Assembly (NCBI RefSeq): GCF_009914755.1
Contig: NC_060933.1
Length of the DNA: 64,000 nt
Source: the human T2T-CHM13v2.0 reference genome, Homo sapiens
Reading direction: 5' to 3' (one strand)
Below the pieces are notes generated by a model, which was not told the DNA's origin, made no database searches, and saw nothing but the letters and a program-made list of their open reading frames with translations. How positions within the stretch are numbered: the stretch's first letter is position 1; each line of letters starts with the position of its first letter. A program made the translations under genes and the position numbers. This document shows positions 12,215 to 26,000 of this stretch, piece by piece.

Positions 12215-13050
12215 ATAGCTGGGGAAGAGCATTCCAGGGAGAGGGAACAGCAAGAACAAAGGCCTCTTCCAAAGAATAGCAAAGAGTGAGCGAAACGGAG
12301 AGTGGCGGAAGATGAGGTCAGATAGACAAGGGGCAGATGGCGCTGCATCTTGTAGACCATGAGAAGGAGCCAGGATTGTAAGTGCAATGAAAAAGCCATT
12401 GGAGGGTTTCAGTGAGGAAAGTAACTGGATCCACCTTGTGTTTTAAAGCATCTCCTTGGCTACAGTGAGAAAAATAGGCTATAGGCAGTAAGGGTGGCTA
12501 TGGCAGCCATTCAAGTGCGAGGTGATGGCTGCCTAGACTGGGATGGCAACAGTGGAGTTGGTTAGAAGCGGTTACATTTGGGAATATTTTAAAGGATATT
12601 TGCAAGAGTTGCTTATGGATTGGATGTATGAAGGAGGGAAACAGAAAAAAGAAGGATGTCTCAGGCTGTTGGTCTGAGTGACTGACTGAATGCCATTTGT
12701 TTACTGAAACAGTAAAGACGATAGAGAGTAGGTTTGGGAAGGAAGTCAAGAGCTTGACTTTGGACGTGTTCAGTGTTTGATGGCTATTAACTATCCAAGT
12801 AGAAAATTAAAGTGGGCACTGGGATATACCAATCTGGAGCTCAAGGAAAGGTCAGGACTGGAAATACAGCTATAGGCGCCAGTAGCGTAGAGCTGGTGCT
12901 TAAGGCCATGGGGGCTACGCGGGATCATTTAGGAGTGATTGTGAATAGGGGGACACCTTTCCAAGGATGGAGGCCTGAGACTCTCCAACACTGACAGGTC
13001 CAGAAGAAGAGGCTGAGAAGCAGCAGCCAGGGAGGTAGGAGGGAAACTGG
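12215..13050 (+). mobile_element. L2 relic
   Basis: L2 3' motifs ggggaagagcattccagggagagggaacagc and gccattggagggttt. Confidence 0.7.
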
Positions 13051-14930
13051 AGTGTATCCTTCTATCATATTCTGCTTGGCAAACCCTTCTTCATGCTTTA
13101 CGCTCCAGCTTAAGCATCTCCTCCTCTGGGAAGCCTTCCCTGACAGGGTTAGGCAAAGTTAGCGACTCCCTTTTCTGGGCTCTCCCAGCATCCCACATGG
13201 ACCCTCTCATAGCATTTCTTTCTTACAAGGGACTGGAGTTCTCATGAGTCAGCTCTCCCCATTACACTGTGTGCCCCCTCAGAGCAGGGACCTTGTCTTA
13301 TCCATAACCACATGCCCATACTAGCTCAGGGCTTGTCTTAGTGGGTGCCCAGGGAATGTGTTAGAGTCCAAAGGAAGAAAAAGCTGAAATATCAGAAGTT
13401 GTTTCTGGAGAAAGGGTTTATCTAGGAGGTGGGGCTTGAATAGCACCTTAGAAGGCGTTGAAGTTCAAGAAACAGCAAGAATGAGAGAGAGCATGCCAGG
13501 TCAGCCGAGACAGAAGAGAATCAAAGGGCAGCAATGGGAAAGCACAAATTATGTCCAAGACAGCAATTGGATCTGTTTTTCAAGACTGCAGAGCTCAGGG
13601 AGGGTACAGGGAAGCTAGACTGGGGTTGGGGTCAGGGGTGACAAATGCCAGGCTAAGGAGATGGTTTTCAAACTATACTCCTTGGAACACTTGTGTTCCT
13701 GTTAGGTTTAAAATGTGAATATTTCATGGTTTCTTACAACTTTAAGGCACTTCATCATAGACAAATTTGAGAGCTGTTGTGGTTACAGATAACAAACAAT
13801 GGAATAAACATAAAAACTGTCATTTATTAAGTGATTCCTATGTGTTAGGTGCTGTGCTAAATATTCTTCCTAGTTTGCTCTTATTTGTGCTTACAATAAT
13901 TCTGAGAGGGAGGTACAAATATGGTCTCTAACTGCAGATAAGGAAGCTGAGACTAAGAATTGTTAACTTGCCAAGCAGACCAGCTAGAGGTGCCAGGGTT
14001 AGCCCAAACCCAGGCCGTCTAAGAACCAAATCCAAGCCCTTGACCACTCACTGCATTGCTCCTTGGCCTTCTTCCCTTGGGGTGACTGGCTGAAGGGTAA
14101 GGAGGAGGTCAAAAAAACAAAGAATAAAGAGGAGAAACATCTTAGGATTTAGGAAGAGCATCTCCTTCAGGCATCTAAGCAAAAGGATCATGGCCAAGGA
14201 GATAATTAGATACAGGGAGCTAGAAGAAGATACAGACCAAGCAATGGAACTGGGAAAGAACGTTCTTGAAAGCTGAGCTGGAAGCCTTTCCTCTGCATGT
14301 GTTATTTCTGCCATATGATTCATCTACACTGAGACAGGCCTTGCTGTATAAGTCAGAGTCACACTGGTACCCTCAAGAAGGCTGACATGAGGATATGTTG
14401 CTGGGAGCTACCTAGGCAATGACAGGGGACAGGCTGGAATGACAGGGAAGCCACGTTCCTCAGCAGCAGATTACAGGAAACCTGCCCACAGCCTGAGCAG
14501 TGCCCGCAACTGCTCTGTGCCATCACAATTTCCCAAGTAGTTATTGTGGCTATGATTGGAAAGGGGTCACCGTCACATGTTTAAGATAAATGTAATTTCT
14601 TTGGCTAGAGTTTATGTTCTGGAATGCTGCAATCTGAGTCAAGCCCAGGCAACAAGCGAGAGGGGCTGTGTGGCAAAGAAGTCATGTGTTCTATCTGCAC
14701 GGAACATTACAGCTTGAAAAGCCATTCACAATCTTTATCTCATTGGAATTTGACAACAACCCTGTGAGGTAGGCAAGGAAGATGAGGCACAGAGAAGTTA
14801 AGTGACTTATACAAGAATACACAGCAAGTCAATGGCAGAACCTAACCGGGTCCCTTAATCTCTAGGTTCCAAGTCAGCTCAGGTATGTGAGACCCAAACT
14901 CAAAAGTGTTCTTACAAGTGATAAGAATAA

Positions 14931-15280
<350 letters not shown>

Positions 15281-16319
15281 CAAGGATACCATTTTCTCCC
15301 TTAATGACTGGGAATCTGAAATGTATGGTAAGACAAATTCCAAATATCTAACACCTTATACCCTGTCAAAGTGTTGTCACCCACATTACTTCACAATAAA
15401 AGGCAGGCAGGGAAGTGAGCGTAGGTGATTTACAGAGAAAGAAGCAGAGGCTCAGAGTGGTGAAGAAACATGCCCAAGTTCGCACAGCTGGGAAGAGGAA
15501 AAGCGCTTCCTTGATCCTGGCGTCTCCCCCCATGCTCCTCCTCTGGCCCAGGCCTGGAAGCATTTAGTGTGGTCAAGCAGTGGGAAACAGTCCCAAGACT
15601 GTGGTTCCACTTGCAGACATGATCTGTCCAAACCAGTGGCTCCCTCCCTGTCTGCCCCCTCCACCAGCTCCCCACAGCTTGGGCCCCACTGATGGCTGCC
15701 CCATGTGGCCTGTCCATAGCAAGACATGCAGCAAAACAACCAGCCTGGCCCTCCACCCTGCCACTCGGTCCAAGCCAGGGCTCTGTGGCTTGGCTCTGCA
15801 TGCCGGGCCCACATGATAGTCCTAGAATAGCTGTCATTGTCAAACAGATCTGACCACATGGTCCCCCGGGATGACCCCTGGACGTGTCCACGTTGCAACT
15901 TATCTCCTTGACCCTAGCTTTTTGATGGCTTACGTCAGGACTTGTTTTCTCTGGCCCTACCTCTAAGTTCTTCCCTTTTCTCCTTTCTAATGTTTTAAGC
16001 CACCTACCTGATGGCTGAGCTGTGCATCCTCCCTGGGAACCAAAGGCCAGGGGTCCAGTTTCTCAGGACAGATTTCTGGGTGGCAATTACCCCTTCCTGG
16101 TACTGATCATGGCCTGAATAGCCCTCCAAAAGGTGCCGCCAGCCTGCCTGGAAATCCTGCTGGCTGGCGCCTAGCCCCTGGGGTGTCCTCTCTGGGTTTG
16201 AGGCTGCACTTTGGGACCAGCCTCCTCTTCTGCTGTTGAATGAATGCCCCATCCACTAGAGACACTGCCCCACTCCCTCCGTTCTCACTTCTTGTCCCAA
16301 GAGACCTGTCACCTGCTTG

Positions 16320-16790
16320 CCATAGACTGGAAATAACCCAAATGTTCCTTGACAGAAGAACTGATAATAAATTGTGCATATTCACAATGGAATCTATAAC
16401 AGTGCAAATGAGGCAGTACCCACGACCCCCACCAGCATGGGTGGACCTTGGAAACCTTATGTGTAGTGGAAAAGAATGTTGCAGAAGACGCCATACTTTA
16501 TAATAGCATTTTTATAAAACTCAAAAACAAGCAAAACAAAACAATATATTGTTTAGGGATACATTCATGCCTAATAAAAGTATTTTCAAAAGCAAGGAAA
16601 TAATCAACATAAAATTCAGGGTAATGTCTACCCCAGGGCTGGGCAGGGACATGGTTTGGGGCAGAAACACACTAGTTGGAGATCTTGGGTTGGGAGGAAG
16701 GTTTGAGATAATCATTTTGTTGTTTGGCTTCATGGCTTACAAGTATGTTCCATGTATTCTTTTTTCATATATATCAAATGCTACAAAATG
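16320..16790 (+). mobile_element. Old L1M 3' end relic
   Basis: actggaaataacccaaatgt...ataaattgtg...cacaatggaat. Confidence 0.6.
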
Positions 16791-17139
16791 ACTTTAAGGA
16801 TTAGATGGAGAGGGTCCCAGAGGTACCCCTTCTTCTCTCCTCCTACCCACACTGATTGATCTGGGGGCAGGAAAGTGTGTACCTATGGAGTGTCTGGACA
16901 CCACGTCTCCCCACCCTGCACTGTCACAGCTGAATGGCCTGTAAGAATGTTCCAGCCTCATTCCCTTCCCTCCCACACTCTGGCTGAGTCCACCAGACTC
17001 TGGCCCTGGCTCCATCGCTCTGCTGAAGACAATTCTCACTGAAGTCTCCAGTCAACTCCTTACGAGTGGAGAGGACAGTTTCAGTGCTGGTCTTGCCCGG
17101 CGTCTCAGCAGCATTTGAAGCGCTGACCCTGTCTGCTTC

Positions 17140-17830
17140 CCCAGGCACCTCATCCTTGCCATTCCGGCTCCTTCTCTCCTGATATTTATTCTATCTCAAG
17201 ACACTGCTTCTTGGCCTCCTTTCCTGGCTCCCTCCCCCTCCCCTGCCTTTCCCTTAGTGAAATGTGATTCCCACAGGTGTCTTCTCAGTCTTCTCGTCAC
17301 CCTCTTTGGTCACCATTTGCTGATGAGTTCTCATCTCTGTCCCCAACCCAGGCCTCTGTCTCCTGAACTCCAAGCTCCAAATAGCCAATTGTCCCCTTAA
17401 TCTCTCCACTTGGATGTCACATAGGCACTTTAAGTCCAACTCCCAACCTTCCCCCAACAGCCTGGTCCTCTTCCGGGGCCTCCATCCATGCAAGTACCCA
17501 AGCCACCTGCACATCAGCCTCAGGTTCTCCCTGCCCTCACTGCCACCATCTCTCCTCTCTCTCCAGCCTCATCCAGTCACCAAGCTGAGCCCTTCTTGCT
17601 CCTTCCCTGGCACCCAGATCTGTCTATCCCCCCTACCTTCACCACAACCTTCCCAGTCCATACCACCATCCTCTCCAGCTTATGTGAAAGCAACTGTCTC
17701 CTAGGGACCTCCCCACTTCCAGCCTTGTCTCAGTGTGTTCTCTACTCTGTAGACACTGTTCTTTGAAACATACAAATTGGAATGCATCTTTCCCCTGCTT
17801 AAAATTCTCCAGGGACCACCCCCCCGAACC
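17140..17830 (-). mobile_element. L2 relic
   Basis: ctccacttggatgtc..ataggcactt; pyrimidine-rich antisense L2. Confidence 0.65.
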
Positions 17831-18388
17831 AATACCCAGGCTCTCGACACAGCCCCTACCTTTCTCTCCCACCTCACCTTCCCTCATCTCCCCCGCATCT
17901 CTGCCTTAAACCCCACCCAGCAACCATACTCAACCTCTTCCAGTGCCTCCTGCTTCCCACTCACCCCTCTGGCTTCAGCACATTTCCACCTGGAACCCTT
18001 TGCCTCCCCTACCCCTACCCAGTTTCTCCTGCTTCATCTAACTCTCGCTCCAGGTTTCAGTTCAACTGCTATTTCTTCTGGGAAGCCTTCCCTGACCACG
18101 CCACTCCCGCCCAGAGAATGTTACGTGGCCCCACGATCTCAGCACCTCAGACGTTTCTTATTCTACTCTAGCATTTAAAACCCTCCATAATCATTGCTTT
18201 TTAAATTATATGTCTCTCACAACAGACTCTATGCATCAGCAAGCAAGGCCCTGACTTGCTGTCTCAATAGAACCCAGGACAATGTCTGACCGCTACTAAG
18301 CATGTGGCAAAGGTTGTTGAATGAGTAAGTGAATGAATGAATGAGTAAACGAATGAATGTAAAACTCTGCTTTACATGTGTTATCTCA

Positions 18389-18394
18389 TTTAAT
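18389..18394 (-). terminator. Candidate poly(A) signal ATTAAA inside a MIR relic, for the short TTLL11 isoform
   Basis: + strand tttaat in ttatctcatttaattcttac (reverse complement of the MIR gattaaatgagataa motif), about 185 nt after the read-through stop. Confidence 0.5.
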
Positions 18395-18577
18395 TCTTAC
18401 AAGAACCTTTTAAGATAGGTATTCTTCATTTCATTTTACAGGTAACAGAGGGGAAGTAGCTTGCCCCAAATCACACAGGGAGCAAACAGAAAGCTTGGAA
18501 GTTGGGCCCAGGTTTAACACCCAAGCCCACAGCACCACCAACACTGTCCCCTCCTCTGGCCATCCCACCCCGATCAC

Positions 18578-18655
18578 TCATCCTACACGAAGCCAGAGAG
18601 CCCTCTTGAGGCCGGTCAAGGCTGGAAACGCAGGCTGGGAACTGGCAATGGTTAC
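18578..18655 (-). CDS. TTLL11: Read-through extension of the 576-bp exon giving an alternative C-terminus VTIASSQPAFPALTGLKRALWLRVG* (short isoform)
   Basis: The frame stays open past the donor to TGA at 18578-18580, with an ATTAAA signal downstream. I recall a short TTLL11 isoform ending this way but have not verified it. Confidence 0.6.
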   Translation of the reverse strand, partial: VTIASSQPAFPALTGLKRALWLRVG

Positions 18656-19231
18656 CTGGAAGCACGTGGGGCCCGGCCTCCCCGTGGGGATGTCTGACTG
18701 GTAGAAGACTTTGAGCTCTGGAGTCAGCGCGATGACCGTCTTAATCACCACGGAGATGATGTCAGACCAGACCTTCTTGATGTCAACGCCTTTGGAAGAC
18801 AGTCTACAAAGGATGCTGGAAAAAGTCCTTTTGCTGCCAGTGCTAGCACTGTCCGAGTGGATGAAGTTGCCGCTGTGGATGTTCAGTGAATAGTTGGTTA
18901 AGTGCATAAAGATGCGGTGCAGGTTTTTGGGGGTGGGCTCCTGATATGGCTCGGTACAAAACCTAGAGAGTCCGTCTTTGGCTATATAAATCTCTAAGGG
19001 GTCTAAGGACTTGAGTAAGACATACAGACGAATATCAAACTTGAGCTTGTCGATAAGGAGAGGTTTGCAGATGTACTCCTGGACCACCGCTGGCCTGCTC
19101 TGGAGGGTCCCTGCCAGGCGGATGTCACTGGGGTCTTTAATGAGGTAGATTCCATCACCCTGACAACCACCATCAGGTTTCACGATAAAAGTGGGCTTCC
19201 AGGAGGGGTCATCGTCTTTCACCATTTGAAC
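18656..19231 (-). CDS. TTLL11: TTLL11 large coding exon (576 bp, phase 0-0), core TTL domain VQMVKDD...GPTCFQ
   Basis: Lies within ORF 18578..19390. Contains IVKPDGGCQGDGIYL, VVQEYI, KFDIRLYVL and HLTNYSLN TTL motifs. Acceptor cccctccag|GTT, donor CAG|gtaacc. Confidence 0.97.
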
Positions 19232-22200
19232 CTGGAGGGGGAAAAAAGGATGGCCGACATTATATTGTTTTCCCTCTGGATCCCTAACACAGAGCAAGGC
19301 CTTAGCAAATGTGTGGTGAATGAGTGACAAGATGATCCCTGCCGATCTGAGCAGGGGCTGAGCATCTTCCATGGAGATGACACTGCACAAGGTACTGAGA
19401 TGGTGACATCAGGACTGTCCCCAGTCTTGTGCTCCAGAGCGAGGTGGAGAGTGTAGTGGACTGGCAGTCACAAGACCTGGGTTCAAATCCTGTTTCGCCA
19501 GTTATTAGCTACCACTTTGAACAGGTCATATAACTAATAATAGTGCTGAGAATGATAATGATGGTGAGCTAATATCATTTATGAGCGCCTGTGAAATGCC
19601 AGGCACTATATCAGGCACTTACCTAATTAGCTCATCTAACCCTCACAGAAAATATGGTTGTGTCTTTTTATGTCAGGAACAGAGAGGGTACAGCAGTTGC
19701 TGAGGGCATGGGTGTTGGAGTCAGATGGCCTGGGCTCAGACACTGGCCCTGCTCCTTACCCTGCAGCCTTGGACAAGTGACTTAAGTTATCTACACCCTT
19801 TCCATCTGTGAAATAGGAGAAAGGTTGTTTTGAGGATTAAATGCAATCATAAATGCAAGAGGCTAAGGACCTAGAACCTGAGAAATAAAAGACAATCCAA
19901 AGCCTGGCTGTCACTCTTTTTAGAAGATGAAGTGACTTGCCAGCTAACGCGGGGGCAGAATTGGGATTGGAATCTAGATTGATGACTGAAGCCCTTGGAC
20001 CTTCCTCTATCCTACCATGTCTTGGTTTCCTCACTTTAAAAATGGGGATATAGACACCTACCCTCACTGTGTCGTTGTAAGGATGAAATAAACTAAAACG
20101 TACAAAGGGCCAAGCGCAACACCAAACACAGAGCTGAGCTAGTGCACAGGAAATGTTTGTTTTATGTTTACATCCCTTCTAAAGTTCATCTGGTAGACCT
20201 GACCAATCCTTCCATCTGTTGAGATCTTTTTGAAACAAGATCCCGTCGTCCACAGTATTTGCTCTCCTCCCAGCTCCAGGTCAGCAGAACACTCACATAA
20301 TTAACTATCCAGGCACTTGACCAGTCCAGATAGTCGATCTGGACCTGTGGGTCTGCATAATTCATCCTCGCCCCATTGCCCCTGATGCTGGTGAGGTGCT
20401 TCCTGCAGCTATGGAGAGCGGATGGACTGAAATGGCAGGAGAGGAGGTTTTCACAAGCAGAGAGAAGCTGGAGGAAATGTAAGGGTGGATTTGAAAGAGG
20501 GATCCATGCTCTCTGCAGCTTCTGGTGTGAAAGTTCCCCTCTGAAATCTGACAGCAGTGCCTGGCAGGCTGAGTTGGTGGGTGCCCCAGTGACAGACTCC
20601 TCTCAGCTCTCCACCTTTGCTGTGTAAGCCCAAGCCAGGACATCTGCACTCTGGCTTGTGCCTTGCGCTTATCTCTTTGACCAGCCTATATTTCTAAATA
20701 AAGCTTTTGCCAATTCCTTGGGCACTATCACTTATTCTGGGCTTGTAAAAGATCTTTAACAATGGAGAAACACTTAAAGCCTTAATAATGGTCCACATCA
20801 ATTGTTTCCCCTTGTCAGCAGGATCCGAGAATGGAACTTCACAAGAGATCAATGCAAGCCTCCCAGGGCCTTCCACTGAGGCTTTCTTGCAACTGTGACC
20901 TTGACGTTTATGTAGTTATTTAATATTCAACCAAAGCATTCGTACACTTGGCCCTTTACAGTAAATATAAGTGTGCTGGACAAATGGCAGTTATGGACCA
21001 GGAAGTGAAAAATGTCAAGTTTGCACTGATGGGAAATTTTTCCCTCTGGAAAGCTTTTGCTATGCCGAAGACACTAACAGTTCAATATATTATCCAGAGC
21101 AATATTTTCTCCTTTGAATTCCATGTATATGCCTTAAATAAATTAAACTACCTGGTCAATAGTCTCCGTCACTCATTGGATTCCTGAATACTTCTGCTCT
21201 TTGCCAGAATAGTGCCATACAAATCAAGATTATTAATACTCATAGAATCATTGAATTTTTAGAACTAGAAGAATCCTCAGGGATCATCATCACCCAGTAC
21301 TCTCAAAAGTCAAGGGGGAAACGGAGGCTCAGAGAGGTGACGTGACTTCCCTTGGGTCCCACAACTGGCTGGCAGTATGGTCAGGATGAGAACTGAGGTC
21401 TCCCGACCCCACCTCAAGTTTGCGGTGCCATTTTTGCCTCTAAGATAAAACTGAAGATCTCTTGTTCCTCCGCTTACTGTAGGAAAGATCCTCCTAATGT
21501 ATCAGACAGCACTGAGGTCTGTACTCTGGCCTCACCCTAAAGATTTTGGCCCTGAGTATGGCCATCCAGGAACTATATCTGTAGATCCTGAGTTGGCCAG
21601 ACTGCCCCAGTTTCAAATCTTCTGTCTGGGTTCCTTGCTTGTTAAAGCGCAGGTGTGATTTACAGGAAACCCTCACAATTGTTCAGAACGTGGTTCCCAT
21701 AGCCACCAGACCCTTCCGCCACTACTACCCTAAAAAGAGAAACATTTTTCAGAATTCATATTCACTCTCCTCTGAGGTTTATTCAAGAATGACCCTTTCC
21801 CAGCAGTTATTAAAGTTAAAAAGTAACACGTTGGCTCTTAAAAAGAAGTCATGGACCAGAATGAAAATATCATCGATATTCCTGGGCCCCAGCCTCAGCA
21901 ATTCTGATTTAATCGATCTGAGATGAGACCTGGGCATGTGTATTCTGGAAAAATCACCGCAGGTGATTCTGATGAGCACTCTGTCTGAGAATCACTGGAC
22001 TAAGTGAATTAAATAAAAATACCATCTGAAACCAACATATTGAATGAAGTATTCTGCACTGGTGTTAGCTGGAGTGTGAGGAAGACTCGCGCTTATGCTA
22101 CAACTGATGGTATCTCTAGTTTTATCCAAACCTGCTGTTGGACCTGAAATCCATTACCTTGTAACGGTATACACGGATGGCTGAAAGAGATACACAGAGG

Positions 22201-22258
22201 AGGTGGTGGCCTAATTGCCTGGCACTCCGCGGGCCTACTGAAAACTTTATGTGGCTTT

Positions 22259-22277
22259 TACTGCCCCCTAGTGGACA
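22259..22277 (-). promoter_or_regulatory. CTCF binding motif
   Basis: Minus strand TGTCCACTAGGGGGCAGTA, a full match to the CCASYAGRKGGCRS core, in non-repeat DNA. Confidence 0.7.
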
Positions 22278-22374
22278 TTTAGAAACCGCTACTGGGAAAG
22301 TCACCCCGTTCAAAATTCCAACACTACTGAGCAGTAAGATACTCTACTAAGACATTAAAATGGTCTTAAAGAAA

Positions 22375-22795
22375 CACCACTACAAATGAAATATTATTCA
22401 GCCTTAAGAAGGAAAGAAATTCTCACACATGGCACAAAATGGATGCATCCTGAGGATACTATGCTAAGTGAAATAAACTAGACCCAAAAAGACAAATACT
22501 GTAAGTAAGAATGCACTTATATGAGGTACCTAGAGCAGTCAAATTCATAGAGACAGAAATTACAATGGTGTTTTCCAGGGCTGGGGTGGGAGGGAATGGA
22601 GAATTAATGATTATTGGGTACAGAGTTTCAGTTTTGCAAGATAAAATAAGTTCTGGACATGGATGATAGTTGTACAAAAATGTGAATGTACTTAATGCCA
22701 CTGTACACTTAACATACATACAATGTACATTTAAAAATGGTTAATCTGGTAAATCTTGTCATGTATATTTTACCAAAATTTTAAGATTAATTTTT
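22375..22795 (+). mobile_element. L1MB 3' end
   Basis: aatattattcagccttaagaaggaaagaaattct...atgaggtacctagagcagtcaaattcatagagacagaa. Confidence 0.8.
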
Positions 22796-25700
22796 AATTT
22801 TTTTAAGTCATAGCTTTTGGTAAGTTAGAGATAGTACTATAGTGAAAAACAGAAAATCTGGATTTTAGTCCCAATTGTTTCTGACTGTGTGACCTCGAGA
22901 AAGTCACCTAACTTTCTGGGCTTTGTTGTAGTCACCTATAAAATAAAGGGGTCAGACTAAGGTCCCTGGCTTCCGCCAGCGAGCAAATGCTGAACCATGA
23001 TTTATCTTGATATCACCACAGTCGAAGGCTGCGTTACAAACACACAAGTGGCATTCATCACGTCGGAGAGTTCCTGCTGTGCTGTTGGGATCAGCACATT
23101 GGGATGATCTATAAGAGGAGGAGATTTGGGTCTGAGATTTATGATGCATTTGAGGAAATCAGCAGGGCATTTGGAGGAAGCAAGCTAAAATGTTTGGAGG
23201 GAGAAATTCAGCAACTAGAATATCAAGCCACAAAACATTATTAGCAATGAGGGGCAGGTAAGAGGCCAATTTCTGAAGAAATACTGTGTCTGCAATACTG
23301 GGGAAGTCAAAACCAGTTAGGGCAGTCCTTTGTCACTCAGGTGGATTTGCATCCAATCTTAGCAACTCAGACCTTTGATGTCACAGGTACACGCTACAGA
23401 TCTCAGGCAAAAACAAGCCTCTGGTAGACAAAATCAGTGTCACACGGTGCATGCCAGACAGGAGGCAGGGCCAGCCCCTGCCAGCCTCAGGGATATGAGC
23501 CTGGTACCCAGGGCAAATTCCTACCTCAATGTTCAGGGCAATTTCTGAGTCCACTTAAGATGGAAGGCAGTCTGCAGTGAGGTCACCTAGGGCCAGATGG
23601 AAAGGGCAAGAATGGCCTGTTGGGGCAGAGTGGGAGACAGAGCAGTGGGGCAGAAAGGAAGGACCTGGGCAGATGATGTGCTGCTTCGGTGGGGGGTTAT
23701 GAAGGCAGGAGCGGGCAGGACACTTCTGGGAAACTGTAGATAGTTCCGACGGCTGGAGAACATAAGAGGTGGAGGGGGTATGCACATGGAAATCCCACTA
23801 GTGAGATTGGCAGGGGCCAGATAATACCACCACCACGAATAATAATAATAACATTAGCACACGCTTACTGAGCACTTATTATGGGTCAGGCACTGTTCTA
23901 AGCACTTTGGAGGTATTATCTCACTTAATCCTCACAACAATCCTATTTTACAGATAGGGAGAGGGAGGCCCAGAGATGTCAAGTAATTTGTCAAAGATTA
24001 CACAGCCAATAGGTCACAAAGGCAGGATTTGAACCCAGGCAGGCAGATTCCAGAGCCCATGCCAGAATGAATGAGAGATGTATGAGAAGGGGATGGAGGA
24101 AGATCAGGCCTAGCTAGGAAGTAAGAGTCTCATAGGGAAGGCCCTTGAATGTTGGTTTAGAGTTTGAGCAATGTCCTAAAATGATGGGGACTCCCTGAAA
24201 GGTTTTGAGAAGAAAGCAACTTAATTAGATGTGTATTATGGGATGATGCCTCAGGCTGTCACATAGAAAATTTACCCAAGTGGTTGGATGGTCTGGGGCA
24301 GACAGGAAAAGTCCAAACTGAGGCTGCAGTGGAGTCAGAGGGAAGGACAGAGGTTTGGGAAATATTTTGGAGCTAAAATCAACAAAACTGGATGACTGGG
24401 AGAGAGAGACAGGAACATAAAGGATAATCCCCCTATGTCTAGGTAGTCACAGGGAATATAAGGGAATGAGGAAAGGCAGAGGGGAGGCAGTGGGAAGATG
24501 ATGAGCTGCACAGAGGACCCTGGAGGGCACGCACCTAGAGAGGTTTGTGGTCCCTGGGAAATGTGTCTGGAGCTTGGGAGAGAGATCTGGGGTCGTCAGG
24601 CCCCCAAGGATGGCCAAGGCCCTCGCAATGGGCCAGATTATCCAGAGACAGGATAGAGAGGAAGAAGAGGGCACCTGGGAGCCAGAGGCTGGAACGGGCA
24701 GAACAGACCCCAAACACCCTGTATTTATACTCGATCTGCAGGCGAAGGATGGAGTTTCAACTGGCGAGGGACATGCATCCACGCATCACCAGGGCACCCA
24801 GGAGGAAGATAGTTTGGAAGGAATGAAACCAGGTGTAGGAAGGACCCGAGGCTATCAAAGGTCCAAAGGCCTGAGCTGGGGCAGGGACAATGCGGTTGAA
24901 ATAGGGAGCTGAGAGAAGAGGTAGAATCAGGGCACCTGGTGACTGGACAGATGTGAAAGGCGAGAGAGGAAAGGGTCATGGGTGAGCTCACGGTTTGGGA
25001 CTTCAGCAATTTTGGGAGGGGTGATGTTACCATTAACAGATTTAGGGACTACAGGGAGAGGAGCAGGTCTCATTGAAGGAAAGTGGGGACAAGGAGAGGA
25101 GGAATTCACTTCATCTAATGAGTATTATTTGCACGACTCCAGACAGAGCTAATTTAGGACTTTATAATATCCCGCAAGCCCTCTACTGTTCATCGGAACC
25201 AGGCCAGGTTGTCCGATATCTCCTACAGATGATTAATTCTGATACAACAACTCTCCCAAGCTTGGAAAGAATAAGAGCTGCTGTCCGACAGGGATGAGAC
25301 TCAGACTCTAAACTCAGATGGCGCATACCTCGAACTGGAGCACAGGTATCCGAACAGACCTCTCAAGCTCCGTGGTGAGCGCGGGAACCACGGGCCCGTG
25401 AGAAGTAGTGCCTGCCACTGTGCAGGCAAACATTTTCAGCACTCCCTGGCTTTTGAAGAGTTCCAGTTAAGAAAATCTAAGCAGCAAAGAAAGCACCCTG
25501 TTCGGCTTATCACTGATGAGTATCCTGAGTTTACTGGGGCAGTGGCATCGATTACCCCTGAGGATTTGGGGCTGACCCCCTGCATGCACTCCTCGAGTGG
25601 CCTGGATGGTCCTCCCTTCCTTGGCAGCCAGCACCAATGCACCCTGGCAGTCTCACTTCCTGCCCTTCCCTCCTGTCCTCTCTCACCTCTATGCCTTTAC

Positions 25701-25910
25701 ACCGGCTTTCCCTGGACCTCCACCGACCTCCTGCCCTTTCTTTGCCTGTAAAGCTCCTGCCCATCATCTATGGTCCCTTGGGAAGTTCCCTCTGAGAACT
25801 GGCCTGCAACCCTCTATACAGACATCTTTTCCTTCCCAAAGTCCTTCTCCATATTGAGCTTCCCCATATCTTCATGACCAGCCCTTTGAGGTCCAGGAAG
25901 GAATCATCAC

Positions 25911-26000
25911 TACACACACACACAGACACACACACACATGCACACACATGTATAGAGTACACACATGCGAGCACATGCACACACATGCACACGTACACAC
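25911..26000. repeat. Degenerate (CA)n tract
   Basis: CA/CATG-rich run. Confidence 0.85.

Noticed and set aside
12330-12346. CTCF-like GGGCAGATGGCGCTG
   Set aside because: The 5' half of the core mismatches and it lies inside an L2 relic; too weak to call.
19232-19390. N-terminal 53 aa of the 270-aa ORF
   Set aside because: Lies upstream of a clear splice acceptor in intronic L2-like sequence; the true upstream coding exon is at 61188-61321.
25310-25400. Small CpG cluster as an internal promoter
   Set aside because: Under 100 bp, far below CpG-island size, with no other promoter evidence.
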